Made by a program: the position numbers and the translations under genes
Part shown: one piece after another, positions 9,943 to 19,619 of the stretch
How the letters are laid out: every line of letters starts with the position of its first letter
How positions within the stretch are numbered: position 1 is the first letter of the stretch
Notes under the pieces: model-generated
The model's input: the letters and a program-made list of their open reading frames with translations, nothing else
What the model was told of the DNA's origin: nothing
Database searches by the model: none
Assembly: GCA_013112715.1 (NCBI GenBank)
Contig: JABFGB010000014.1
Span: 16,509-80,508, forward strand
Source: Chloroflexota bacterium
GTDB taxonomy: Bacteria; Chloroflexota; Anaerolineae; Aggregatilineales; J027
Direction of reading: 5' to 3'
Length of the DNA: 64,000 nucleotides

Positions 9943-11352
9943 ATGAATGACTTTGTGTTAGCCGCCCTGTCCTTTTTTATTGTGCTGATTCCGCTGGTGA
10001 TTATTCACGAGCTAGGCCACTTCTTTGCGGCCAAAAGCGTCGGTGTGACCGTCCTTGAGTTTGGGATCGGGATTCCGCCGCGTGCCCTTGTCCTGTTTCG
10101 GAAGGGGGATACGATCTATACCCTCAACTGGATTCCGTTGGGTGGCTTTGTGCGTCCCTATGGTGAGGATTTTGTCCGCCCCAAGACCGAAGAGGAAATG
10201 AAGGAAGACCGCGCTGAAATTGAAGGCCGCCATATTGAAAACCCCAAGAGTGTTTTTGAGGCGGGGCCGTGGGAGCGCATCTGGTTTTTGTTCGCTGGGC
10301 CTCTCGCCAATTTCATTGCCGCACTGGTACTGTTTATCGTCATCGCAGGCTTTTTCCAACCCTACGAAATCGGCGATATTACGATGATCGAAATCTTGCC
10401 GGGGTCGCCTGCCGAAACTGCTGGCCTTGAGGCTGGCGATGTGGTTACCCATGTAGATGGTCAGAAGGTCGAACGCCTTGAGGAATTTGAAGATGCCATT
10501 GAGGACAAAGACAGCATCCAATTTACCATTAATCGGGATGGCGAAACACAGCAATTGACCGTCACGCCTGCGCCATTCCAAACCAGTGAGGTTAAGGAAA
10601 AGGTGCAAATCGTCAATATTGAGGAAGATGCTCCTGCCCATGAAGCTGGTCTCGAAATTGATGATGTTGTAGTCGCAGTGGACGATCAGCTACTGACCGA
10701 TGTGGATATGCTGGTAGACTACACTAAAGAACACGAAGGTATTCCCATTGACCTGACCATTCAGCGTGCTGACGAAATCATCCATATTGAAGTGACGCCC
10801 CGTGTGTTAGATGGTGAAGATGTAGCTCGTATCGGGATTCAGATTGCACCCGCTCCGTTGGATGAAACGATTGGTGCAGTGACTGCGACCCGTGACCTTC
10901 ATACAGAAGTGCGTAAGGCAGACAATGTGGTTGAGGCTGTCCAGACTGGTTCAGGTAATTTTGTTCGGGCAATTGGCGTAATATTTTACGCGCCAGTAAT
11001 GCTTATTCGCGGTGATATTGAGGCCGAACAAGCCCGTCCCGCAGGCCCGGTGGCAATTTCCCAAATGGGCGGAAAATTTATCAAAGAGAGCCAAGAAGAA
11101 TCCAACCCCTATCCGATTCTAGGCTTCGCAGCCATTATCAGCATCGCGTTGGCAGTGACCAATCTCCTGCCGATTCCAGCATTAGATGGTGGTCGTATTC
11201 TGTTCGTCGTGATTGAGTTATTACGTGGCAAACCGATTTCACCCGAACGCGAGGGCGTGGTGCATATGATTGGGATGCTCTTTTTGCTTTCGTTAATGGT
11301 CGTCATCGTATTTTTCGATATTGTGAAACCAATTGACCTAAGCTCGTTTTAG
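9943..11352 (+). CDS. rseP: Site-2 (M50) intramembrane zinc metalloprotease RseP with PDZ domains
   Basis: HELGHFFAAK (HExxH), NLLPIPALDGG, and two PDZ-like segments (LPGSPAETAGLEAGDVV; EEDAPAHEAGLEIDDVV). Confidence 0.9.
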   Translation: MNDFVLAALSFFIVLIPLVIIHELGHFFAAKSVGVTVLEFGIGIPPRALVLFRKGDTIYTLNWIPLGGFVRPYGEDFVRPKTEEEMKEDRAEIEGRHIENPKSVFEAGPWERIWFLFAGPLANFIAALVLFIVIAGFFQPYEIGDITMIEILPGSPAETAGLEAGDVVTHVDGQKVERLEEFEDAIEDKDSIQFTINRDGETQQLTVTPAPFQTSEVKEKVQIVNIEEDAPAHEAGLEIDDVVVAVDDQLLTDVDMLVDYTKEHEGIPIDLTIQRADEIIHIEVTPRVLDGEDVARIGIQIAPAPLDETIGAVTATRDLHTEVRKADNVVEAVQTGSGNFVRAIGVIFYAPVMLIRGDIEAEQARPAGPVAISQMGGKFIKESQEESNPYPILGFAAIISIALAVTNLLPIPALDGGRILFVVIELLRGKPISPEREGVVHMIGMLFLLSLMVVIVFFDIVKPIDLSSF

Positions 11353-11367
11353 CCGGGAGGGAGACGC

Positions 11368-12519
11368 ATGGCGAAGAAGCCAACTAAAAACGGGTACGAC
11401 TTTGATTTTGATAACAACCTTGACGATGACAGCAATGGCGAGGAGCGCCGCCCCCAGCCATTTCCAATCGCCGAGACAATTGCAGCCTTGCATCAAACCG
11501 ATCACTTCGAAGCGGTGCTGCCTGCCGGAGCGGTTTATGGCCTGTCGGATTTAGTGGATGAATCGGTAGCGGCGCTGAAGCAGGCATGGCCCGCAATTCC
11601 AGTCGAGCAGCGTCGCCGCACGGTTCGTTTGCTGGCTGAGATTAGCGAGACGAATTTTGACCTCGATTTCGAGGCCCTGTCCTATCTGGCCTTTGAAGAC
11701 CCCGACCCTGAAGTGCGGGCCGAGGCTGTCGGTATGACATGGTATGTGGATTCCGAGCGCATGTATCATCGCTTGATGAAGCTGGTTAAGGATGAAGCCC
11801 CGGTTGTGCGGGCAGCCGCAGTGGAAGGCTTGGGACGGTACATCCGGGATGGTGAGTTGGAAGAATTTGATGCTCGCTTGGCAGAGCAGGCCCAAAGGGT
11901 GGTGTTGGCCCGTTATGATGATTTGCGCGAGGACGATGAAGTGCGCCGTCATGCATTGGAGGCCATTTCATTCTGTGGAAATCCGCGCGTGCCAGACATG
12001 ATTTACGAGGCCTACTATAGCGACGATTTACCGATGAAGGTCAGTGCGCTTTTTGCGATGGGTAGCTCGTGTGATGCACGATGGAAAGACATTGTGCTGA
12101 AAGAACTGAATAACCGCGAACCCGAAATTCGGTTTGAGGCGGTACGGGCTGCGGGACAGTTGGAACTGAGTGCTGCTGTGCGCCGTCTAATCGAATTGGC
12201 CTATGAGGATGATTACGAAATCCGACTGATGTCCATCTGGGCAATGGGCGAAATTGGCAGCAAAGAAGCGCGTGAGGCCCTTGCCGGGATCATGGAACTG
12301 GCTGACCAGAACGAAGATGACGAACTCGCCGAAGCCGCTGAGGAAGCCCTCGGCATGGCCTCATTGGTCGGTGAGCACTTCTTCCCAATGTTCAATTTGG
12401 AAGATGACCTCGACGACGTGGACGACTTCGATTACGCCCTTGATGACGATTACGATGACTTCGGCGATTATGATGAAGACGACGAAGCGGATGGCAATGG
12501 TTGGGCTTCGTTGAACTAA
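11368..12519 (+). CDS. HEAT-repeat protein with a highly acidic C-terminal tail
   Basis: Repeated D/E-P-x-VR-x-x-A-x-x-x-LG units (DPEVRAEAV, APVVRAAAVEGLG, EPEIRFEAVRAAG, DYEIRLMSIWAMG). The tail is DDLDDVDDFDYALDDDYDDFGDYDEDDE. Confidence 0.75.
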   Translation: MAKKPTKNGYDFDFDNNLDDDSNGEERRPQPFPIAETIAALHQTDHFEAVLPAGAVYGLSDLVDESVAALKQAWPAIPVEQRRRTVRLLAEISETNFDLDFEALSYLAFEDPDPEVRAEAVGMTWYVDSERMYHRLMKLVKDEAPVVRAAAVEGLGRYIRDGELEEFDARLAEQAQRVVLARYDDLREDDEVRRHALEAISFCGNPRVPDMIYEAYYSDDLPMKVSALFAMGSSCDARWKDIVLKELNNREPEIRFEAVRAAGQLELSAAVRRLIELAYEDDYEIRLMSIWAMGEIGSKEAREALAGIMELADQNEDDELAEAAEEALGMASLVGEHFFPMFNLEDDLDDVDDFDYALDDDYDDFGDYDEDDEADGNGWASLN

Positions 12520-12548
12520 GTCCACTTTAATTCTCACAATCTGGTGAT

Positions 12549-12592
12549 AAAATCGGCAGGTGGGTCAACTGAACTCATCTGCCGATTTTTTT
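12549..12592 (+). terminator. Intrinsic terminator after the HEAT-repeat gene
   Basis: AAAATCGGCAG (12549-12559) pairs perfectly with CTGCCGATTTT (12579-12589), and the T-run extends to 12592. Confidence 0.85.
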
Positions 12593-12610
12593 GCGAGGCC
12601 AGATAAAACT

Positions 12611-12910
12611 ATGCCGGAATCAGGTGAACACAAACAACTCCACGCGATTGTACATGGACGAGTGCAAGGCGTCAGTTTCCGCTACTATACCGAACAACGA
12701 GCCAACGAATTGGGCTTGGTGGGGTGGGTGCGTAATCGTGGCGATGGCTCGGTAGAAGTGATTGCCGAGGGCAACCCTGAGCAACTGCGCCATTTTGAAG
12801 AGTATCTGAATCTTGGCCCAACCGCTGCTCGTGTCGAGTCTGTCGAAAAGAGCTATTCCCCCGCCACTGGCGAATTTACCCGATTTAGAATCAAGTATTT
12901 TGGCGAATGA
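12611..12910 (+). CDS. acyP: Acylphosphatase
   Basis: VHGRVQGVSFRYYT...GLVGWVRNRGDGSVEVIAEG. The start is set at ATG 12611, because the longer ORF would begin inside the terminator hairpin. Confidence 0.85.
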   Translation: MPESGEHKQLHAIVHGRVQGVSFRYYTEQRANELGLVGWVRNRGDGSVEVIAEGNPEQLRHFEEYLNLGPTAARVESVEKSYSPATGEFTRFRIKYFGE

Positions 12911-14340
12911 CAACATCTATTACCGCACGTTATCCGCAACGAATCGCATGGGCTACTTTGCTCGCGGCTTTTGTGACATTTTGTCTGCTCATGGCGGGCA
13001 TCGCATGGGCCATCAATTGGGTGGTTTTCGACTCCACTATTGATTTACGTACCACTGTCAAAGTTAGTCGGGGCACGATTGGCTATACCGCTCCCAATGA
13101 TACCGAGCGGGTAGTCCGGGATCGGTATCCTGTCCAGACGGGTGATACTGTGCGGACGGATGAACTTTCACAAGGGTATATTACGATTGATGACCCCTTA
13201 AATGACGACCAAGTATTGGCAACGATTCAGATGTTTGGCGGAAGTTCAGTGATTTTGGAGCGTGCGTCACGTCCCCGTTTTGGTTTGGGGGATAATCCCT
13301 ATTCAGTCTTACTAACAGATGCATTTGGTAAATTTGATGTGACGGTTAGCTCCAGATTAGAACGGGAATTTCGATTAGAAATAAGGGGAAATAACTATAG
13401 CGTCCGTTTGGATCATGAAGGTTACTATACACTTCAATTTGGCGTAGATGGGGTCAACGTAACTGTTCAAAGGGGACAAGCTGTCGTTATTGATAAAGAT
13501 AATGAGGCTAAACTGATCGAAGCAACGGAACCCATTGAAAAGTGGGCTTTCCGGAAAAATGAAGCGCCAAAAGTTATATCCATTCTTATCAACCTCTTGG
13601 ATAATCCATATTTCCTACAAGGTGCTCCTGAGGGCGATGATGTTTTAGATGTTTGGGGATGTCAAGAAGATCGGTCAGGCGAAACTCGATCCAATGATTC
13701 TGCAATTACCGATCCACGGGGTCTTCACGAGCGCGTATTTTTTCAAGATCGTTTTACTCTGCATTTTAAGCGAACCGGCTCTGAGCCTGTTTATCCTCAC
13801 TATAGTGGATGTAAACAAACCGCCTCAACTTTTGCGGCCACTGCCCCTGATCGTTCCAATATAATCGTTTTTGAAATCGTTAACCCTGTGACTAAGAATA
13901 TCAATTATATGTACTATATTGATACTTCCCAATACGAACGCCTTTATGTTCGGGCATCTGTTTATATTGCTTCACAATCACTTAGCGGTTGTGGGGCAGA
14001 AGGAACAGAATGTGCTATTATGCTCAAGATGCCTTTCAAAAATGCAGGTAATGTTCAAGCTAATACCGAAAGTGCTTGGATTCAGGGATTCTATACGTAT
14101 TATGATGAAGGGGTTGGGCAAGTTCAGTGCCTCGGATGTCAAAACCATGAGCATATTAATGGAAATTCATGGTATACATTTGAATCTAGCGATTTTATGT
14201 TAGCTACGGAAGAACTTCGTCCTGTGATGATAAGGGAAATTGAAGTTTATGCCTCTGGGCATTTATATAATTCATACATCAGTGAATTATCAATTATTGC
14301 TGAAGTTCCAGTAGTCTCGGCCCAATCAGTCGAACCCTAG
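12907..14340 (+). CDS. Membrane-anchored protein with a FecR-like N-terminal ectodomain and an unknown AT-rich C-terminal half
   Basis: One N-terminal TM (IAWATLLAAFVTFCLLMAGIAWAI). FecR-like pattern VKVSRGTIGY...VQTGDTVRTDELSQGYITI...GGSSVILE. ATGA overlap with acyP. Confidence 0.5.
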   Translation: MTTSITARYPQRIAWATLLAAFVTFCLLMAGIAWAINWVVFDSTIDLRTTVKVSRGTIGYTAPNDTERVVRDRYPVQTGDTVRTDELSQGYITIDDPLNDDQVLATIQMFGGSSVILERASRPRFGLGDNPYSVLLTDAFGKFDVTVSSRLEREFRLEIRGNNYSVRLDHEGYYTLQFGVDGVNVTVQRGQAVVIDKDNEAKLIEATEPIEKWAFRKNEAPKVISILINLLDNPYFLQGAPEGDDVLDVWGCQEDRSGETRSNDSAITDPRGLHERVFFQDRFTLHFKRTGSEPVYPHYSGCKQTASTFAATAPDRSNIIVFEIVNPVTKNINYMYYIDTSQYERLYVRASVYIASQSLSGCGAEGTECAIMLKMPFKNAGNVQANTESAWIQGFYTYYDEGVGQVQCLGCQNHEHINGNSWYTFESSDFMLATEELRPVMIREIEVYASGHLYNSYISELSIIAEVPVVSAQSVEP

Positions 14341-15024
14341 TCCGCGTTCGCGCATCGAAACCCATTCACCCCGCCCAATCACCAAATGATCGAGGATGCC
14401 GATGTCCAATAATTTCCCCGCAGCAACGGCATCTTGGGTCAGTTTTACATCGTCATCGGAGGGGGTCGCATCGCCGGATGGGTGATTGTGGGCTAGAATC
14501 AGGCCCGCACTATTCTGCAAAATAGCAGGGCGAAAAATTTCCGCTACCCGCACGACTGTGGTATTGAGACTGCCGATATAGACCGTCTCCAAACTGGTCA
14601 CGCGATTTTGGGTATCCAACAGCACGACAATGAGTTGTTCTTGGGGCAGGGTGATAAGATGCCGTTCAATCAATCGTACTGCATCGGAAGGGCGGCGAAT
14701 TACAGGGTGATCTTCGGCCTGAAATAGTGAGATGCGCTGACCTAACATTAAGGCGGCTTGTAGGCGCGCTGCAAGCCCCGGCCCAATACCGGGAATTTGG
14801 ATTAGTTCATCAAAACTGGCTTGAGCAAGCCTTTCTAAATTGCCAAAATGCTGTACAACGTATTCCGCCAACGTCAACACATCCTCGCCGACATTGCCAT
14901 TATGCAGAATCAGAGCAAGCAACTCGACATTTTGCAGCGACCCAATTCCCTCACGATTCGCTTGGACGCGCAGGCCTTCAATTGTCTTCTTAGGTGGCCG
15001 AAATTGCCCCATCATATGCACCAT
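14326..15024 (-). CDS. radC: RadC-family JAB/MPN domain protein
   Basis: ELLALILHNG, HhH-like IPGIGPGLAARL, and the JAMM motif HNHPSGDATPSDDD. Start chosen at ATG 15024; the longest ORF reaches 15111. Confidence 0.85.
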   Translation of the reverse strand: MVHMMGQFRPPKKTIEGLRVQANREGIGSLQNVELLALILHNGNVGEDVLTLAEYVVQHFGNLERLAQASFDELIQIPGIGPGLAARLQAALMLGQRISLFQAEDHPVIRRPSDAVRLIERHLITLPQEQLIVVLLDTQNRVTSLETVYIGSLNTTVVRVAEIFRPAILQNSAGLILAHNHPSGDATPSDDDVKLTQDAVAAGKLLDIGILDHLVIGRGEWVSMRERGLGFD

Positions 15025-15116
15025 GCTATACTTTGCCCCATTGATTTGACTTGATTTTAGCCCATGTGGTCGAATGCAGATAACCGATACCGACCAAACA
15101 ACGGGAGTCACGATTC

Positions 15117-15725
15117 ATGAGTACGGATACCCTAAACAGTCTTGTCCTTGCCGGCGTCACAATTTTCGGCGCAGTTTTTACGGCCTTTTCAGTGGCGTTT
15201 GTCATTTGGACATATAACGACATGAAAGCCCGTTCGCGTGACCCCCTTGCGCAGATTGCTGCCGCTATTCTGGTCGGTCTACTGAATATTTTTGGCCTGA
15301 TTATCTACATTATGCTGCGCCCGCGTGAAACATTGGCAGATGCCTATGAACGTTCGTTAGAAGAAGAGGCATTATTGCAGGAGATTGAGGACAAACCTGC
15401 CTGTCCCGGTTGTGGTCGCCCAACCAAACACGAATGGCAGGTCTGCCCGTTTTGCCACACCAAGCTAAAAAAAGTGTGTGTGGTGTGCCATCAAATGTTA
15501 GAGCTTTCGTGGAATCTATGTCCATACTGTGCGACGCCTCAGTTGGCAGCAGGGGAGGCAGAGGCGATTACAGCGGGCAGTGGTAAACGCCGTAGCAGTA
15601 CCCCCGCCCCCAGTCGTACCCAATCACCCTATGATGTCGGGGAATATGAACCTCGTCCACCCAGTCGTGCTCAACCGAAAGTGCAGAACGAAAACCTCGA
15701 ATGGGTGGACGATAACAACTACTAA
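15117..15725 (+). CDS. Two-TM membrane protein with a double zinc ribbon
   Basis: Two TM helices, then CPGCG...CPFCH...CVVCH...CPYC, then a low-complexity tail. Confidence 0.6.
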   Translation: MSTDTLNSLVLAGVTIFGAVFTAFSVAFVIWTYNDMKARSRDPLAQIAAAILVGLLNIFGLIIYIMLRPRETLADAYERSLEEEALLQEIEDKPACPGCGRPTKHEWQVCPFCHTKLKKVCVVCHQMLELSWNLCPYCATPQLAAGEAEAITAGSGKRRSSTPAPSRTQSPYDVGEYEPRPPSRAQPKVQNENLEWVDDNNY

Positions 15726-16672
15726 CTTTGGGTGATAAAGCTGACGGCCTTACACAGACGCTCGGCAAAATCGGGTGGATAGGCGTGTGCCATGCCTTCA
15801 ACGATGCTTATGTTACAGGCAATAGAATGTTCTTTGAGTATTCCGGTTAATTTGAGTGTGCCGGGCAAACAGGGTTCGTCCTGATCGCCGATGATTTGCA
15901 CCCCACGCACGTGCTTAATCGCTTCATAATCCACCTCAGCCAAAAGTTCCTCGGGGCTGGCGATGTATGTCCCAAGACCGATGAACCCTTTGGCTTTGAT
16001 GTCCTGTTTTAGAACGACCCGACACGCGAGACCTGCCCCGGCTGAAAAGCCACCGACGATGACCTGATTTTCGTCAATGGTGTAGTCATTTTTTAGATTG
16101 GCTAGATGTGTCTGAATTTCGGGCACAGCGACGGCATGGTCATTCCAGACGTAGGTTGTTGCACTTGTGATTTGCGAAGACTGGGCTACCGCGACCAACC
16201 ACCCTGCATCGGCCAATGATTGCCAATATGGTGCGGTGATTTCGGTGTTGCTGTTGTTGCCATGCAGGGCCAACAAAACCGGGTAGGGGGCTTTGGCATT
16301 GGGGTGTAGAGGCAGCACCAGTAGTTCGGGCTTGGAATTGGCCTGTGCTGCCTGCTGTCGCGCTACTGAGATTTCGCGCAGACGGATAAATTCGGAGTGA
16401 CTGGTGGCGGGTAGCAAATCTACGTCATCGTCGGCTAACTGGCCCGCACCATACCAATACCCGGCATCTATCGCTTTTTGAAACTCGTTGATGGTAGCGT
16501 CTACATTTTTGAGCCTCCCATACATGCACATATTCCAATAGACAAGCAAATCGGCACGTTGAGGATGCTGCACAAGCGCATCAGAGATACTGGTGAGGGC
16601 GTCCTGATATTTACCTTGATTGTAGAACCCTAAAATTTCGTCACGAAATTGATCAAATGGTCGAGCCGTCAT
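15722..16672 (-). CDS. Alpha/beta hydrolase (dienelactone hydrolase / carboxylesterase-like) with a helical N-terminal domain
   Basis: LLALHGNNSN, nucleophile-elbow-like GGFSAGAG, and a C-terminal GMAHAYP. Confidence 0.65.
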   Translation of the reverse strand: MTARPFDQFRDEILGFYNQGKYQDALTSISDALVQHPQRADLLVYWNMCMYGRLKNVDATINEFQKAIDAGYWYGAGQLADDDVDLLPATSHSEFIRLREISVARQQAAQANSKPELLVLPLHPNAKAPYPVLLALHGNNSNTEITAPYWQSLADAGWLVAVAQSSQITSATTYVWNDHAVAVPEIQTHLANLKNDYTIDENQVIVGGFSAGAGLACRVVLKQDIKAKGFIGLGTYIASPEELLAEVDYEAIKHVRGVQIIGDQDEPCLPGTLKLTGILKEHSIACNISIVEGMAHAYPPDFAERLCKAVSFITQS

Positions 16673-16862
16673 TTTGAATCTCCTTGAGATGGAAAAAGCT
16701 GTCTTCTCGAAATCTACCTATTCATTTGAAGGCCGGTTCAAAAAATGAGCAATTGCGCGATTGTGCAACTATGTGATCCAAATATTTATCTTTATCACAC
16801 CGGGGTAATCCGCTATACTGAGGGAATTACGCCCATATTTTCAGCTTTGCAGGGACGGTTGG

Positions 16863-18668
16863 ATGGATACTTCGCGGATTCGGAATTTTTGCATTATCGC
16901 TCATATTGATCATGGCAAAAGCACACTGGCAGACCGCTTATTACAGGCCACTGGCACGATCAGTGACCGTGATATGGAGGCCCAGTTGTTGGATAGCATG
17001 GAATTGGAAAAAGAACGGGGTGTTACCATCAAAGCCTCGGCAGTTCGCATGAAATGGACGGCGGCGGATGGCGAAGAATATGAAATGAACTTAATTGACA
17101 CCCCCGGTCATGTGGACTTTACCTATGAAGTCAGCCGTGCGTTGCAGGCATGTGAAGGGGCACTTCTGGTGGTGGATGCCTCACAAGGGATTGAGGCGCA
17201 AACGCTGGCGAATCTCTATTTGGCATTGGACGCCGACCTTGAAATCATTCCCATCATTAACAAAATTGACCTGCCCGCCGCTGACCCTGACCGGGTGGCG
17301 CAAGAACTGGAAGATTTGCTCGGCATCGAAAAAGAAAAGATGCTGCGAGTGAGCGCTAAAACGGGTATTGGTGTGGAAGATGTGCTACAGGCGGTGGTGG
17401 ATCGTGTACCGCACCCCGAGAGTCACCCCCACAAGCCGCTACGTGCATTGATTTTTGACAGCCACTATGATAGCTATCGTGGCGTGATTGTGTATATCCG
17501 TGTGATTGAAGGCAGAGTCACCAAGCGCGACAAACTGCTTATGATGAGCACCAATGTCACGGTTGAGCCGATTGAAATTGGCATTTTTACACCCGGCCTC
17601 ACGCCGATTGATGAATTAACGACGGGCAGTGTAGGATATATTGCCACTGGATTAAAGACACTGCGCGAGTGTCGTGTTGGGGATACGGTCACGCTCAAAA
17701 TCAATGGCGCAGGCGAACCATTGCCGGGGTATGCGCCGGCGAAACCGATGGTATTTGCGGGTTTCTATCCAGTCGAAAATGATGACTATGCCGAACTCAA
17801 AGAGGCGCTCGAAAAATTACAGTTGAATGACGCTTCGTTGAGTTATGTGCCAGAGACCTCACAGGCGCTGAATTTTGGCTTTCGCGTCGGCTTTTTGGGC
17901 CTATTCCACATGACGATTGTGCAGGAACGCCTTGAACGCGAATATGACCTTGATGTGTTGGCAACCGCGCCAAGTGTGGAATATGAGGTGGTACTGCGGA
18001 ATACAGGCGAGATTATCCGCATTGATAGTCCCGCCGCCTTGCCAGATGAATCCACCATTCAAGAAATTCGGGAACCTTGGATGACGATTCAGGTATTTAC
18101 CCCAGATACCTATATCGGCGCGATTATGGAACTGGTGACATCCAAACGTGGCGAATACATCACAATGGAATATCTTGATCCCAAGCGCGTGATGCTTTCC
18201 TACAATTTGCCGCTGGCGGAACTGATTGTGGATTTCTATGACAAGCTGAAAAGTGCCACCAAAGGCTATGCCAGCCTCGACTATCAATTTAAGGAATACC
18301 GACCTGACAAATTGGTCAAGCTAGAAATTCTGGTGAATAACGAACCGGTGGATGCCCTAGCCATGATTGTGCATAAAGACCATGCCTTCCATAAGGGGCA
18401 AAAGTTGGTTTCCAAACTCAAGGAATTGATTCCCCAGCAGCAGTTTGTGGTGCCGATCCAAGCCGCCGCCGAAAACCGCATAATCAGCCGCGCCAACGTG
18501 AAAGCCCTTCGCAAAGACGTTTTGGCAAAGTGTTATGGCGGTGACATCACCCGTAAGCGCAAATTGCTGGAAAAGCAGAAAAAAGGCAAGAAGCGCATGA
18601 AGATGATTGGCAGCGTGGAAGTTCCCCAAGAAGCATTTATGGCGGTTCTCAGCCTCGACGAAGATTAA
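16863..18668 (+). CDS. lepA: Translation elongation factor 4 (LepA)
   Basis: [33 protein letters not shown], and the LepA-specific C-terminal region. Confidence 0.95.
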   Translation: MDTSRIRNFCIIAHIDHGKSTLADRLLQATGTISDRDMEAQLLDSMELEKERGVTIKASAVRMKWTAADGEEYEMNLIDTPGHVDFTYEVSRALQACEGALLVVDASQGIEAQTLANLYLALDADLEIIPIINKIDLPAADPDRVAQELEDLLGIEKEKMLRVSAKTGIGVEDVLQAVVDRVPHPESHPHKPLRALIFDSHYDSYRGVIVYIRVIEGRVTKRDKLLMMSTNVTVEPIEIGIFTPGLTPIDELTTGSVGYIATGLKTLRECRVGDTVTLKINGAGEPLPGYAPAKPMVFAGFYPVENDDYAELKEALEKLQLNDASLSYVPETSQALNFGFRVGFLGLFHMTIVQERLEREYDLDVLATAPSVEYEVVLRNTGEIIRIDSPAALPDESTIQEIREPWMTIQVFTPDTYIGAIMELVTSKRGEYITMEYLDPKRVMLSYNLPLAELIVDFYDKLKSATKGYASLDYQFKEYRPDKLVKLEILVNNEPVDALAMIVHKDHAFHKGQKLVSKLKELIPQQQFVVPIQAAAENRIISRANVKALRKDVLAKCYGGDITRKRKLLEKQKKGKKRMKMIGSVEVPQEAFMAVLSLDED

Positions 18669-18670
18669 GA

Positions 18671-18705
18671 CAATTGGGCAGAATCATCTGCCCATTGTGT
18701 TTTTT
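18671..18705. terminator. Intrinsic terminator after lepA, abutting the stop of the convergent gene
   Basis: GGGCAGA (18676-18682) pairs with TCTGCCC (18688-18694), extended by CAATT/ATTG, then tgtttttt. Confidence 0.75.
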
Positions 18706-19180
18706 AATGCGCCCCGACCAACGCCGTCCCCGTTGCCAGATAGTGCTCAATGGCGTGCTGCCAGAATGCCATCTGCTCACGATATGCCTCAGCTGTGAAG
18801 GGGGCTAATTTGGCATTGCCCGCCTCGCTCAATCCCGTGCGGGTATAGGTGACACGGACGGTTGTTTTATCGCCTATCACCAGACATTGAATATCAATGG
18901 TGGTCAATAGCATATCGGGCAAAAAGCGCACGTATTGAACGCGATGCTCTTGTGAATCATAGTCAGCCATCACCCAAAATTCTTCCAATTGGTCGCCATG
19001 GTGGGTTTTGAAAACTGCCCCGATTTCTTCTAATGACGTGGTGGTGTGATAGATCGGGGTAAATTGCCACTGGGCCAACCACAATTTCTCCTTGACCGGG
19101 GTAAATAAGGGGAACACTTGTTCAATAAATGCGGTAAACTCTAGCGTGTGCGAATGGGAAATGCGCTGCGCGGTAAACAT
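18704..19180 (-). CDS. SRPBCC/START-like small protein
   Basis: About 158 aa with a helix-grip-like pattern and no TM. It is divergent from the wHTH gene. The family call is tentative. Confidence 0.45.
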   Translation of the reverse strand: MFTAQRISHSHTLEFTAFIEQVFPLFTPVKEKLWLAQWQFTPIYHTTTSLEEIGAVFKTHHGDQLEEFWVMADYDSQEHRVQYVRFLPDMLLTTIDIQCLVIGDKTTVRVTYTRTGLSEAGNAKLAPFTAEAYREQMAFWQHAIEHYLATGTALVGAH

Positions 19181-19270
19181 GTTTGTTTATCCTTTCCGTT
19201 TATAACTGCCTACATTTCCATTTTCACCGCAAAGTAGGACAGCATCGTTCCTAGAAAGGGTGGGGGATTT

Positions 19271-19615
19271 ATGTATACTCCGGCGACACGCCTGCTGACG
19301 CTACTGCATATTTTGCACGCCAACCCCGGCCTAAACGCCAACGAACTTGCCGAACGATTAGAAGTAGATACCCGCACAGTACGGCGCTATGTCATGCTGC
19401 TGCGTGATTTGGGGGTACAGGTGGAATCGGATATGGGGCAGGGGGGCGGTTATCGGTTAATGCGCGGGGTCGTCTTACCACCGAGTCTGTTTTCGCGTGA
19501 TGAAATTGAAGTGCTTTTGCAGGCGTTGGAGGGAATCGCTGCCTCTGAATCGGACAGACAAGCTACCATTGAGGCGCTAAAATTGAAACTTCGCCTACTG
19601 TTGGAAAGTGTCTAA
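19271..19615 (+). CDS. YafY/BrxR/CapW-type winged-HTH protein lacking the WYL and C-terminal domains
   Basis: RLLTLLHILHANPGLNANELAERLEVDTRTVRRYVMLLRDLGVQVESDMGQGGGYRL, followed by the LPPSLFSRDEIEVLL linker. The protein stops at 114 aa. Confidence 0.7.
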   Translation: MYTPATRLLTLLHILHANPGLNANELAERLEVDTRTVRRYVMLLRDLGVQVESDMGQGGGYRLMRGVVLPPSLFSRDEIEVLLQALEGIAASESDRQATIEALKLKLRLLLESV

Positions 19616-19619
19616 TACC

